From Callorhinchus milii (taxonomy: Eukaryota), in NCBI RefSeq assembly GCF_018977255.1, contig NW_024704742.1:59398001-59462000 (forward strand): a stretch of 64,000 nt of DNA. The letters run 5' to 3'. The notes under the pieces are model-generated. The model did no database searches. It was given only the letters and a program-made list of their open reading frames with translations, and had not been told where the DNA came from. The position numbers and the translations under genes are program-made. Below are positions 38,807 to 51,675 of this stretch, piece by piece (position 1 is the stretch's first letter; each line of letters opens with the position of its first letter).

Positions 38807-39098
38807 TAATAATATTCCTTGAATTTGGTATAGCACCTTATCATGTCTTCGAGACGTCTCAAAGCACTTCACAGAATATACTGTAAAGTGAATTGATTGT
38901 ATATTTTGTGGGCCAAATGTGGCAGCCAATTGTGCACAGCACAAACAAACAGTCTTGGATTAAGTGACCAAATAATTATTGTTTTTATCTTGAAAGATTA
39001 TTATCAGGCGTGCGGAGTAAGGAAACTTGCCCCTGTTGCGAATCGAACTCAGGTCTCTCACTTGCGAGGCGAGTGCTCTAACCACTGAGCTATAGGAC
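38807..39098 (-). mobile_element. tRNA-Ala-derived SINE with internal deletion
   Basis: CCACTGAGCTATAGGAC head; GTCTTCGAGACGTCTCAAAG tail. Confidence 0.88.
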
Positions 39099-39577
39099 AA
39101 TAGGCTTAAACAGTAATTATTCTTTGATCATTCTCAGAATGTCTGAAAATGACCATTAACTGATACATCCAAAGAGATTATTAGTATGAATTTCCACTTT
39201 ATTGAAAGTTCAGTCATTGCTGATTATGGAAATTAAGCAATTTGAGGATCATTACTGGTGATTATGCCAGTGTTGAGCAGCTACCCTGAGCAAGCACTTT
39301 GGGACGTCTAGAAGACGTGAAAAGCGCTATATCAAATGCAAGGATTATTATTATTACCTAAACATCTCCGTGGAACCAGGGATCTTGCATTTGGAATTTC
39401 AGCTGGATATAACATTACTTATTCAGGTAAAAATCCAATGCACTCACGATGATGAGCTCTATGTACCCAGCACATTGGCAATCCAGATAGAAACAGTGTA
39501 GTCAGAACAAATAGACACTGGATATCCACTACAACGGGTACACATCCAATAAGCCCTTGATAAACAAAAGGCAAAGT

Positions 39578-39774
39578 ACTGCAGATGCTGGAAATCTGGT
39601 ATTATCACAGAAGCCGCTGGGATCACACAGCAGGTCAAGCAGCATCCATGGAGAGAAGAAAATGAGTTAACATTTCAGGTCTATGACGAAAAGTTATAGA
39701 CCTGAAATGCTAACTCATATTTCCTTCCCCATGGATGCTGCCTGAACTGCTATGTTTTCCCAGTGACTTCTGTG
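39578..39774. mobile_element. Foldback repeat resembling the Penelope-associated palindromes of cartilaginous fish
   Basis: 82-bp arms 39606-39687 and 39693-39774, 67/82 matched; ACTGCAGATGCTGGAAATC lead-in; hammerhead-like TGACGA..GACCTGAAA near the centre. Confidence 0.7.
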
Positions 39775-40204
39775 TGTACGCCCATTATAAATATGCTGGA
39801 TCACTACAAAATACATTTTATCTTGAAACCTGCTGATAATTCTGGTCAGATTGCACTGAATATCCAAGGGGTTTCACTACAAAAGACCACTTGCCAAAAT
39901 ATGTCTCATCTATTGCTTTAATGTCTTGCTACGATTCCTACTCCAAATGAATTGAAAGCACATTTGAGTCTGAACATGCACAAGCACCTTCACATTGAAT
40001 AAGGAAGATGATTTTTGCAAAAAAATACTTCAACTCAGTTCAAAGAGCATCAACTCCATGGTAAGTAGTTACACATATAGAGATGGTGTAATTTAGCGGA
40101 AAGGTTTTGATGTTTCTAGAACAGGTCGATTGCATTATTCCATGAGTGGCAAGCAGCAGTGTATTGTAGATGAGTATGGAAACTGTGCATTGTTTCCAAA
40201 CTGT

Positions 40205-40529
40205 GGAGTCCTGTAGCTCAGTGGTTAGAGCACTCGCTTTGCAAGCGAGAGACCTGAGTTCAATTCCAGGCAGGTCAGGGCGAAACCTTGGGCAAGTTTC
40301 CTTACTCCACACAGAGCCTAATAATAATCCCTCCAAAACCAAAAACAATAATAAGTTGGTCATTTTCAATCTACAACTGTTTGTGGGACATTGCTGTGTG
40401 CAATTGGCTGCCGCGTTCGCCCACAAATATACAGTCAATTCACTTTAAAGTGTGTTCTGTGAAACGCTTTGGGACGTCCTCCCGAAGTGAAAAGCGCTAT
40501 ATCAAATACAAGGATTATTATTATTATTA
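40205..40529 (+). mobile_element. Full-length SINE, short subfamily
   Basis: Anticodon loop TTTGCAA; lacks the internal segment of the long copies; tail GGGACGTCCTCCCGAAGTGAAAAGCGC..(ATT)n. Confidence 0.95.
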
Positions 40530-40879
40530 GCTGCAAAATGCTACTTTAGAGAAAGGGTCAATTGGTATTCATCTAAATGGAAACTGAAACTGTCTTACTC
40601 TATGGCAGGTAATGATTGATGTCACAAAACGTTTAGCGTTCATAGTTTGTAGTTCACAACACATCAGCATCCAATTAGATAGTATTCCTGTGCTTTCAAA
40701 TGCCAGTGTTCATCATAAAATCCTAATAATATCTAACATCCTTAATAATCTTTGTATTTGAAATAGGGCCTTATCATGTTGACAAGGTGTCTCAAAGAGC
40801 TTCACAGGATATACTGTAAAATGAAGTGTGTATTTTTGTGGGTGAAATCTGAGGTATTTAACAGATGTCAACCTTGTGC

Positions 40880-41185
40880 TTCTGTGAAGAAAGTGAAAAG
40901 GTTGTGGGTTCAAGAACCACCTCAAGACATTGAGTTTAAAGTCCAGATTAACACTCCAGTACAGTGCTGGGGGAGTGGTCAGTGGTCTGGTCCTTCAGAT
41001 TCTAAACTGACCACTGGCACTACTTGTAAAGAGAGTTTCTTCGGCAACAATGCTTCCAATAAAAAAACGTGAACTTTTACTTGATCTGTGGGACATTGTT
41101 GTGCGAAAATTGGCTGCTGAGTTTGCCTACAAATATACAGTCCCTATTCTTTACAGGTATTTAGATGTGACAAGGCATTATATTT
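40880..41185 (+). mobile_element. Old Deu-domain SINE
   Basis: AAGGTTGTGGGTTCAAG; ACACTCCAGTACAGTGCTGGGGGAGTG; TGTGGGACATTGTTGTGCGAAAATTGGCTGC. Confidence 0.7.
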
Positions 41186-41874
41186 TGGCCACCCTCCTAA
41201 CTTCTCTGCCCTCCACCATCCTCAGCTCTGGTCCTAATCCCTGACTGTTCAGCGCTGTGGGATGTCCTCCCGACATGAAAGGCACTTTACAAATTTAATT
41301 TTGTATATTAAATGCAAGGAAGATTACTTTAGACAACTTTGGCCTCGAGCATTTAAAGGTCTTTAAAATGGCTACAAAAGACCCAGCTTGTAATGTAGTC
41401 CCAAAACACTTAGTGCAAACAAAAGGAAGATAACAGACCCACTCATATGCTACTGATGTTGTGTGTGATGGCAATGATACTGTATGTTTCTGAGAAATAA
41501 AGTACCACATGAAAATCAGAGCAGATGTATAAAATGTGGCAAGGAGGTGGGTGGGAATAAGGGATGTGTTTCCTAGGTATCATTGAATTCAGTAAAAAAG
41601 TGGGATTGTCTTCAATAAAACTTACTGTTTTAAATAAAACTTACTGTTTTACTGTCTTACTGTTTTCAACAAAAAAAATCTTTTGCTTCAGCACTTTTCA
41701 AGGGCATTGGGTTTGATTTGTTTTGATTTGATTTTTTAACAGCATATTTTGAAAATTACCACCCTACAAGAGTTGCTTACAACACAGTAACTGCACAGTA
41801 CAGTAAAGACTTTGAGACGTCCTCCCGACATGAAAGGTGGTATATTAAATATAATATTGTTATTATTATGATGA

Positions 41875-42100
41875 TGACAGGGTAAGTAGGGAGAAACTAT
41901 TTCAACTAGTTGGGGAGTCAGTGACTATGGGCCATAGTTATAAGATTGTCAGAAGAAGAACAAAAGGAGAGATTAGGCAAAATGTTTTCACTCAGATAGT
42001 TGTTGGGATGTGGAATACCTTGCTGAATAAGGTGGTGGAGGTAGAGTCAATTATGGGTTTCACGAGGGAAGTAGATGTGATTGAAGAGCAGAGGGATTGA
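41875..42100 (+). mobile_element. CR1 3' fragment
   Basis: GAGAAACTATTTCAACTAGTTGGGGAGTC..TTCACTCAG..ATGTGGAAT (KLF.LVGES..FTQ..MWN). Confidence 0.75.
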
Positions 42101-42693
42101 ATGCACACCTTGCTCTAAAAGCGGTATGAATTTAAATGATATTTCTGTGATTCTGTTAAATTTATTTTTTGTGTCTGCCCATTGTCCCAGAAATTTAGGG
42201 AGTTTACTATGGTCATGAATAGTCATAGATGTATTATCTATTTGCGGAAGTTTCATAATGTTCTAGTAGAATGAACTTACTGTTTTCAAAATCTGCCATG
42301 AGGCAACCTTCTTCCCAATAGTAGCACTGATGTAATAGGTTGATCATTCAAGCATTCGCAGGGAATTGACTGTGAACCCCACTCCTTCAGAATGGTAAGT
42401 TCTGCTGCAGATCGTTGGGTGATTTTGAGCATAAGATTCTTGTGTAAAATGTGTTAACAAGTGCAGAAAATCAATTCATGTCAGGAGTACTGCTCGTAAC
42501 AGAACACAACAACCTTGATGGGCAACAAGGAGTACAAGTCTGCCTCTGCAAACAGCATGCAATGCAGTTGTACTGATTTATTTTGCCATCTACTTATGAC
42601 CGGTGTATATTCCTAGAGCAGAATAATGGTACTTTACTGCTCTTAATCTTTCAGAATTTTTCAGTCAAGAAGGAGAAAGAGATGTCAAGTGTG

Positions 42694-43125
42694 ACAACAA
42701 CTAGCATTTAATTAGCGCCCTACACGTGGGGCAGCGTCTCTAAGCGCTTAACAGTGGCAGAGCCTAATGCTGAGTGGGAGGGATTGAGGTGGTGACCGTA
42801 AGCACTGTTGAAGAAGAAGGTCTTCAGTTGTGATCTAAAAGAGGTGAAGGAGGGGGCGAGGCAGAGGGATTGGGGGACATAGTTCCAAAGCTTCGGGGTG
42901 TAGTGGTTGAAAGTGTGGCTGCCGATGGTGGAGCGGAAGGGACAAGGGACAAGCAGGAGGTCAGAACCAGCCGAGTGGAGGCAGTGGGTAATGAAGCTTG
43001 GAGTAAGTAGGTCAGAAGTGTAATGGGGAGCCAGGGCATGAAGGGATTTGTAGACGAGTGAGAGGATCTTGAAATTGATTCATTTTGTGATAGGGAGCCA
43101 GTGAAGACTGGCAAGGACTGGTGTG
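42694..43125 (-). mobile_element. L2 family B 3' fragment
   Basis: ACAACAACTAGCATTTA..AGCGCCCTACACGTGGGGCAGCGTCTC tail; LHWL...RI.FKI-like segment. Confidence 0.85.
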
Positions 43126-43564
43126 CCACAAGATATGGCCAAAGAATCAAAAGTCTATGCACAATCTAAATAACAACTTGACTGGAACAAGTTGATAGGA
43201 AAGGTGGCAGAGGCCAGGATAAAAATCAGCTTGGATCAGTGATGGGCAAATGGGAGGGGGTGTGTTCTGGAGGGATGAGATCAGATGGGCTAAAGGGCCT
43301 TCTTCTTCCACACCAATTTTGTCGTGAAGTGAAGAAGAAAGGATAAGAAATACAGGAAAAGGAAAGTAGCAGAATATCTCTTTATGGGAGAGGATTTATT
43401 GATCCTGCATTCAGCATTCCCGTATACACATACTCCATTACACCTTTGTGTACAAATATTCCCCAACATTAGTGTATAGATATACTCGACCGCATCTTGT
43501 AAAGCGGTCTTGAATGTCCTAACTATGAGATCCAAAACAACCTCTAAGTTGCTTCAATAACACG

Positions 43565-44043
43565 AATAATAGTTGCATTTCATATAGTGCCCTATCATGT
43601 TGTTGAAATATCTCCAAGTGCTTCACAGGATTTGTTATAAAGTGTATTAGCTTATTTATAGGCAAACGAGACACCTAATTTGTGCATGGCTATGTCTTAC
43701 AACAACAACAACAACAACAAGATTCCATTTATATAGCGCCTTTCACGTCGGGAGGACGTCCCAAGGCATTGTAACATGCAACCATGAAGTGAATAATGAA
43801 TTGTATCTGGGGAATTGTTATTCAGGACACTGGGAGAAACTCTCTTCCCATTTCAAACAATGCTTTGGATATTTAACATCCACCCGAACAAGCAGTCAGG
43901 GCCTGGGATTAACATCTGATCCAAAGGCATGCACCTCTGACACTGCAGAGCTCCCTGAGACTGAGCTCAAAATTCTGACATAGGGCTTGAACTAACAACC
44001 TTCTGACTTTGAGGTGAGAGTGCTCCCAACTGAGCCAGGCTGA
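43565..44043 (-). mobile_element. Old Deu-domain SINE with an L2 family A tail (~43698-43772) inserted
   Basis: CTTCTGACTTTGAGGTGAGAGTGCTCCCAACTGAGCCA head; nested (CAA)n..GCCTTTCACGTCGGGAGGACGTCCCAAGG. Confidence 0.75.
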
Positions 44044-45248
44044 CATCTGACACATATTGCAAGTCCTGTATTAAATTAATTTCTTGGAATATCAATGTAT
44101 TTACTGGGATGCACCAAAAAAGTCTACAATCTTATGTTCCTATTCCAGGTCACACAAATATTCAGCCCCTTAATTAGTCAAAGTTGTTCTGTTGTGCTGA
44201 TTTCTGGCCACTGTGCGACGCTGTAACAAAATATACGAACAATTGCTTTGATCTCCACAGCAAGATAAGTGCAATGCTGATTTCAGCAACACATTGAAAT
44301 CTTTTTAAATCCCCCCATAACAATGAAGTAACTAACAAGTGGGAACAAAGTAATGAGAAATTTGCATTCAGGAACAGCTGCGGCATAAGTGTCAGGTGTT
44401 AGTGTTGATCTGAAAGCACTGAAATAAATCATCTTATGTAACAGACAATAAATGGCCCATTAAGCACCTTGCAGAAGTACTTTTACAGCACAAGCAAGTC
44501 TTGTATCTATACTTATACCCAAGTTGCACTATTAATTAGATGCCAGAACTGAGCTCATATTAGTCCTTTATTCTCACAAAAAAATGTTGTAAACCCTGAC
44601 TTCCGAAATGTTTGGGGAATAAATTAATTTTTATGTCAGATTTAAGTTACGCCCACAAAATTCACTTCACAATATATTCTTTGAAGCATTTTGAGACATC
44701 TCGAAGGCCTGATAAGTCGCTATAACAAATGCAAGGATTATTATCATTATTAAGTTTCTTGCCAGGACTAATTGTCAGATACTGCAAGAGGTAAAATTAA
44801 AACAGATACCTTCTGTAGTATTCTTCGTCTCTCTACAAGAAATGGAAAATACCAACGTAAACCTTCAGTAAGTATTATTCAACACTTAGCCTGACAAATT
44901 TTACATGTGCTAATGGCTCAACATCACATTGTCTGATCACCTCTTGCATTGGCAAATATGATTAGGTTACTTGTAACAATTTTAAACCAAATGTATTGAT
45001 TTTAGAGTGCAGTTCAAAGCAAATTCATCGGGACCCCATCATAAGACATTGCATCTTATTCTCTTTCTGAAACCAAATATAAACAATTGACTCAGTGCAA
45101 GGTCAGTATCAGTACCCTGGGCTGTACACAAGCTTGCTCAGCAGACACCAGTGAAAGTGAGGTCTTCTGGCTCGGAATGACATACAAGGGTTTCCCTGTA
45201 GAAAATAGTTTTAAAAAAAACAGTAGTGATCCTTGCATTCTTGTTTGT

Positions 45249-45625
45249 GGAATCCTGTAGCGTATTGGTTAGAGCACTTGCCTCACAATCGAGAGGATCC
45301 AGGTTCGATTCCCAGGCAGGGCAGAAACCTTAGGCAAGTTTTCTTACTCCACACATTTCTGTTTACCTAGCCATAAATAACCCAGTTGTTAGTCGATTGG
45401 TGGATTGCTTTTCTGGGGGAAATAATTCCTCAAAAAAATTATTCAAATAATAATTTGGTCACTCAATCAATGACTGTTTGAGGGATACTGCTGTGTGCAA
45501 TTGGTTGATATGTTTCACCCACAAAATATAGTCAATTCATTTTACAGTACATTCCATGAAGCACTTTGGGACAATTGACGACATGATAAGACTCTATATC
45601 AAATGTAAGGATTATTATTATTATT
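45249..45625 (+). mobile_element. tRNA-Ala-derived SINE, long subfamily (diverged)
   Basis: GGAATCCTGTAGC..GGTTCGATTCCC; long internal segment; (ATT)n tail. Confidence 0.9.
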
Positions 45626-46015
45626 CAATAACAACAACAACAACTTGGATTTATATAGCGCCCTCCACGCCAGACAGCATCTCAGAGCGCTTCGAAGTAA
45701 TGGATCCCAAGGCCGAGTCAGGGGGAGAGGGAAGAAGGTGACCAAAGGCGCAGTCGAAAAGAAAGGTCTTCAGCCAAGACCTGAACATAGGAAGAGAGGG
45801 GGCAAGGTGAAGGGAGTGAGCAAGGGAGTTCCAGAGCCTCGGGGCATAGTGGCTGAAGGCACGGCTGCCGACGGTGGAGCGGTGGATTCGGGGGACAAGA
45901 AGGAGGCCAGACCCGGTGGAACAAAGGCAACGGGCATTTTTGTGAGGAGAGAGGAGGTCAGAGAGGTATGGGGGTGCAGAGGAATGGAGGGATTTGAAGA
46001 CAAGAGTGAGGACCT
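45626..46015 (-). mobile_element. L2 family B 3' fragment, tail-to-tail with the SINE
   Basis: [46 protein letters not shown]; very similar to 50032-50420. Confidence 0.93.
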
Positions 46016-46839
46016 GTATAGCACCTGTCACATCAGCAGGTTGCCTCAAAGTACTTCATAGGATTTACTGCAATGTGCAGTGATTGTGTATCTATAAGTG
46101 AACGTGGTAGCCAATTTGCATACATCAATGTACCACATAAGACCATGAACTGAATGAGCAATTTTATCTTGGGAATTGTTGGTCAGCACATTGCATTGCA
46201 AACATTTACATTGCAAAGTGCTTCTTTCAGATGGCTAAATGCCAATAATATTGCTGGAGTGGAGCAGTATCAAACCCATTGTCAGTTTAGAGAATGAGAA
46301 AAACAGATCTCTTTTTCTTGGAACTTGCAGTTCTATGTTTGCCCTCTACTTTTACAATTTAATTCAGCTCAGGTTTTCTACGCTCTGTTTGGTGTCACTG
46401 AAAGAGAAGGGTGAAAATATCACTCAGGGCTAAACCTGGAAGAATGAAGCAAGGGAGGTAAGTACATAGACTGGTGGTAACCATTACTTTTTAGCAATGA
46501 CAAATGTGTCCCTCCTGTTGCTACTTAGCACAATCTGAGCAGTTTCAGCGCCAGGAGTTAAAAAAAAACTAATTGATTTCCAATCCATTGATGTGACATA
46601 AATGTGCTTAAGTGTACTGGAAAGGCTTCACTTGGTTCCCCCAAAAAACTAAAATTATACCTCATGTTTATGGTCATTTCCCACCTGCCCTCCTCCCCTC
46701 CTTATTCCCATTCTTGTGAAGTGCTCTGGGAAACTATCCTATGCGAAGGATGCTATATAATGGAAATTGTTTTATGCATGGACACAATGCCCAAAGTATG
46801 GAATGCTGTTCATCAGCTTGTCTGGCAGACATCAGAGCC

Positions 46840-47932
46840 TAGATGAGTGCAAACTTCCTGCAGCTGAATGTGGACAAGACAGAAGCCAATCTCATTGGAG
46901 TCCTGTAGCTCAGTGGTGAGAGCACTCGCTTTGCAAGCGAGAGACCTGAGTTCAATTCCAGGCAGGGCGAAACCTTGGGCAAGTTTCCTTATTCCACACG
47001 CCTAATAATAATCCCTCCAAAACTAAAAACAATAATAAATTGGTCATTTTCAATCTACGACTGTTTGTGGGACATTGCTGTGCGCAATTCGCTGCTGCAT
47101 TCGCCCACAAATATACAGTCAATTCACTTTACAGTGTGTTCTGTGGGGCGCTTTGGGACGTCCTCCCGACGTGAAAAGCGCGATATCAAATGCAAGGATT
47201 ATTATTATTATTGGCTCACGTCAACTTCTTTACTTCTGCGGATCTGAACTCCTTAGCCTCCCTGGGCTCTCCTTCAGAGTCATTGAACCAGTGCACAATC
47301 TAGAATTACGGTTTGAACCCCAGCTGTCCTTCCTCCACCTGACATCTGGCCCCTGACCAGGAACGCCTTCCTCCACCTCCGACCGTACCTTACCCCAAAT
47401 GCAACCGCCACCCTCGTACATGCGTTTGTCACCTCCTGCCTGCATTACTCAAACACATTGCTGGCCAGTCTCCCCAGCTCCACTATTCAAAAATCCAGCT
47501 CATTCAGAACTCTGCTGCCCACAAACTTACCCAAACGAAACTCCGTACCCCTTCTCACCAGTTCTGGCCAGGCTCCACTGACTCCCCATCACCGAATGGA
47601 TCGACTTCAAGATCCTCACACTTGTGTTCAAATCTATTCACTCCCGTACCTCTCTGACCTCCTCACACCCCAATCCACCACCCGGCACCTCCACCTCCTG
47701 CTTGTCCCTCGCACACTCCACTCCACCATTGGAGTTCGCCCTTTCAGCCACTCTCCCTCAATCCCTCTGCTTTGCCTTTTCTCTCTCCCCTTTCCTGCCT
47801 GAAAACCTTCCTTTTCGATGGTGCTTACGGTCACCTACCCCCCCACCCTGGTTTGGAGTCAAACAGTGCTGTTAAACACTCTGAGATGCTACCCTGCATG
47901 GAGTGCAAATAAGTGCAAATTGTTGTTGTTGA
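46840..47932 (+). mobile_element. Decayed L2 family B with nested SINE
   Basis: NFLQLNVDKTEANLIG [SINE] SRQLL..; PVLARLH; tail CTCTGAGATGCTACCCTGCATGG..(TTG)n. Confidence 0.85.
46897..47212 (+). mobile_element. Full-length young SINE, short subfamily
   Basis: Intact tRNA-like head, CpG-rich tail GGGACGTCCTCCCGACGTGAAAAGCGCG; ATTGG at both junctions. Confidence 0.95.
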
Positions 47933-48105
47933 TGGACTTATAATTGTGATGTGCAAATAATACTGCTGGCATTAATTACACATCATTGAAATTAGTGACC
48001 TTATGATAATGAACACACTGATTGATCTCTGCGTGTGTTGGAGATGCAACTCCTACACCATTTTCAATAGCCGAACGAGGAGCCACGTCCGAGCGAGGAC
48101 GTCAT

Positions 48106-49121
48106 CCCTTGGTGACGTCATCCGCAGACATGGGGTAAATTTCCACATGTATGCAGATGACACCCAACTCTATCTCTCTGTCTCCACCCTTAACCCCAGG
48201 ACTACTGGCCTCCTGACCGACTTCCTGTCCGACATCAAGTCCTGGATGAGGGACAACTTTCTCCAACTCAACATCAGCAAGACCAAGGTCCTCCTGAATG
48301 GCTCGCGCCTGCGCCTTCGCACCTCGGGCGTTGGCAGCATCATCCTCCACGGCTGTACACTCAACCTCACTAAGTCAGTCAGGAAACTGGGTGTCTTGTT
48401 TGACCCTGAACTGTCCATTCTCTCCCACATCCATGCCACGACTGGCACTGCCTACCACAACCTCTGCAACATTTCTAGACTCCGCCACTGCCTCACCCCT
48501 CAGGCTGCCGAAACCCTCACCCATGCATTCATCACATCAAGGCTCGATTACGGGGACTCTCTCCTCATTGGCCTTCCCAACTCTTCCCTTCACAAGCTGC
48601 AGATCATCCCAAGCTCTGCAGGTTGTGTACTCTCACGCACCAGGCTCCGCGACCCCATCACTTCCACCATCGCCTGACTCCACTGGCTCCCCATCCCCCA
48701 GAGGATCGAGTTCAAGATCCTCATCCTCACTTTTAAGGCCATGCGTGGCCTTAACCCCTCCTACCTCTCTGACCTGCTGACTCCCTCCCAACCTGCCCGC
48801 TCCCTCCGTTCAGTGGGCTCCAGCCTGCTCCATGTCTCCCACCCGACCCGCCTTACCATCAGTGGCCAGGCTTTCAGCCTCTCTCGAACTCCATCCCATG
48901 GTCCCGTTGCCTCGCTTCCTCCCTTGCCTCCTTCAAGGCCAGTCTCAAGACCCTTCTCTTCGATCGTGCCTTTGGTCGCCATCCCACCTCTCTGCCTTCC
49001 CTCACCCCCTAAACCACCCCTTCCCCATGCTCGGGCCCCGACACCTGACTATTCAGCGCTTTGGGACGTCCTCCCAACATGAATGGCACTCTATAAATGT
49101 AATTTTGTTGTTGTTATTGTT
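48106..49121 (+). mobile_element. L2 family A, ~1 kb, RT C-terminal half
   Basis: LGDVIRRHGVNFHMYADDTQLYLS..NFLQLNISKTK..TSRLDYGDSLL; premature stop at 48675; family A tail. Confidence 0.95.
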
Positions 49122-49849
49122 AATCTAATAGGCTCAAGGATTGTGCCATTTGTCTGCTGGTTAGCAAAACATCAGTTCAACTGAACCGACATCAGCAGAG
49201 CAAATCCGAATCAATTGTCAGCGTCCAGCATTCAAGTACCCTTCCTGGTAACCCATTCCAGTCATTCAATAATATTCTGTATTAAGAAATACCTCCTGGT
49301 GCTTTCCTGAAATTCCCTTTGCAACCCTAAACTCATATCCTCTATTTCTATTGCATTGGGATATCTGAAAGTATCGTTCCAGGTTTGTGTTTCAATCCCA
49401 TTGCCAATCTTTTCTGAGATGCTTCACTTCAAGGTTGAGGATTTATAGCTTATCTAATCATTGCTCATAACTCATTTCTCTATGATTCTCTTTGTTGCAT
49501 GCACTTCTCTTATTCCTTTTCATGCCCTTCAGCCTTTTAAGCAACCAGATTTGGATAATTAAAATATAAGCAATTTGCTTAACTTGCGCTGTGTTTCTCT
49601 TACAGAACTGTTGGAAAACGTTGTACTGGAATTCCGCCAGTAGGTTGGGATGCTGTGAAATCTGCCTTGTTTACATTGACCAACAGCTGTGCAGGCCTTC
49701 AGTGTTGATATTGCCTCTGGCAGTTTGGGGTCTTTAAGTCTCTGTTGCTGTTTATCAAATCTTACTGCTGCCAAAGCCAGAGCTGCTTTAGATAAATGCA
49801 GCACTGACTGATGAGGCTGAAAGTCTAAAGTTCAAAATCTTAAGCAAGA

Positions 49850-50031
49850 CTAGAAATTACACAGGGGGATACGGCCATTTGGCCCAATTAGTCTGTTCTG
49901 ATGTTTATATTTCACACGAGCCCCACTCTCCTATTTCGCTCACTTATATATCTTTCTATTCCCTTCTCCCTCAAGAATGCATCAAGTTTACACTTCAATA
50001 CATTGATGGTTGGTGCTTCAACAATAACTTC
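49850..50031 (-). mobile_element. CR1 3' end (left part of a CR1 split by an L2)
   Basis: TAGAAATTACACAG..GGCCATTTGGCCCAA CR1-type tail; appears to continue at 51676. Confidence 0.65.
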
Positions 50032-51675
50032 CAACAACAACTTGGATTTATATAGCGCCCTCCATGCCAGATAGGGTCTCAAAGCACTTTACAGTAACGG
50101 ATCCCGGGGCCGAGCCAGGGGGAGGGGAAGGAAGGTGACCAAAGGCGCGGTCGAAAAGAAAGGTCTTCAGCTGGCACCTGAAAATGGGAAGGGAGGGAGC
50201 GAGATGAAGGGAGTCAGGAAGGCAGTTCCAGAGCCTCGGGGCATAGTGGCTGAAGGCACGGCTGCCGAGGGTGGAGCGGAGGACTCAAGGGACAAGGAGG
50301 AGGCCAGACCCGGAGGAACAAAGGCAACTGGTACTGTTTTGAGGAGAGAAGAGGTCAGAGAAGTAGGGGGGTGCAGAGGAGTGCAGGGACTTGAATACAA
50401 GAGTAAGGATCTTGAAATCGATCCTCTCTGGGATAGGCAGCCAGTGCAGTCTGGCAAGGACTGGGGTGATCAGGGAGCGCAGTTTTGTTCGGGTGAGAAT
50501 GCGGGCGGCAGAGTTTTGAATGAGTTGGATTTTATGGATGGTAGTGGATGGGAGACCGGCGAGGAGGGCGTTAGAGTAGTCCAGCCGAGAGGTGACAAAG
50601 GGATGGACCAGGGATTCAGCGGGGATAGGTATTAGCGGAGATGTGCGATGCACTGGAGGTGAAAGAAAGTGGTGCTGGTGAGGGATTGGATGTGGGGGAG
50701 GATGGATAATTGGGGGTCGAACCTGATGCCTAGGTTGCATATGGGTTCGGAGTGTTTTAGAGGGACGTCGGGTAGGTGGAGGTGGTGAGAGCCGTGAGAT
50801 CTTAGACGTTGACGAGAGCCAAAGAGCATGGCTTCCATCTTGTCAAAGTTCAACTGAAGGAAGTTTGCACTTATCCAGCCCCTGAGATCTGACAGGCAGG
50901 CTGACAGAACATCAGGGGACTGGGGGTCGCAAAGAGAGGTGGAAAAATAGAGTTGGGTGTCATCTGCATACATGTGGAAATGTACTCCATGTCTGCGAAT
51001 GACATTCCCAAGAGGGGGCATGTAGAACAGAAAGAGGAGGGGGCCAAGGATGGATCCTTGGGGTACCCCGCAGGTGACTGGGTGAGTGCGGGAGAAGCCG
51101 TTTGTGCAGATGTACTGCTGGCGGTTTGTGAGGTAGGACCCAAAGCAGGTGAGTGCGGTCCCACTGAGGTGGATGACGGAGGAAAGGCGGTGGAGGAGGA
51201 TGGCGTGATCGACTGTGTCGATCCAGCCCCTGGTCCAGGAGGTCCAGGAGGACAAGGAGGCAGAGGGAGACCTGGTCACAGATAGAGAGGTTATCATTTG
51301 TGACTTTCACAAGCGCAGTCTCTGTACTGTGGGCACGGCGGAAACCAGACTGAAGGGGTTCGAAGAGGGAGTGGGAGGAGAGGTGTGCGCGGAATTGGTT
51401 GGCAACAACGTGTTCTAGAACTTTTGAGAGGAAGCGCAGATTAGAAATAGGGCAGTAATGGCTGGGATTTGAGGGACCTAGGGAAGGTTTTTTCAGAAGG
51501 GGGTGTGATGACAGCAGTTTTGAGGGAGGCAGGGACTGATCCAGAGGAGAGGGACTGGTTGAAGATGTCAGCCAGTACTGGGCTGAGAAGTGGGAGCTGG
51601 GTGACCTGTAAGTTGGTGGGGAGGGGGTTGAGGCAGCAGGTGGTGGGTTTCATGGAGGTGATAGTGGGTGAGAGG
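50032..51675 (-). mobile_element. L2 family B, ~1.65 kb, longest LINE in the window, frameshifted
   Basis: [70 protein letters not shown]; (CAA)n on the + strand. Confidence 0.95.

Noticed and set aside
40205..40285. tRNA-Ala genes at SINE heads (also 874, 13239, 16130, 39098, 45249, 46897)
   Set aside because: Each runs into a common SINE body and (ATT)n tail, and the copies are divergent; they are retroposon heads.
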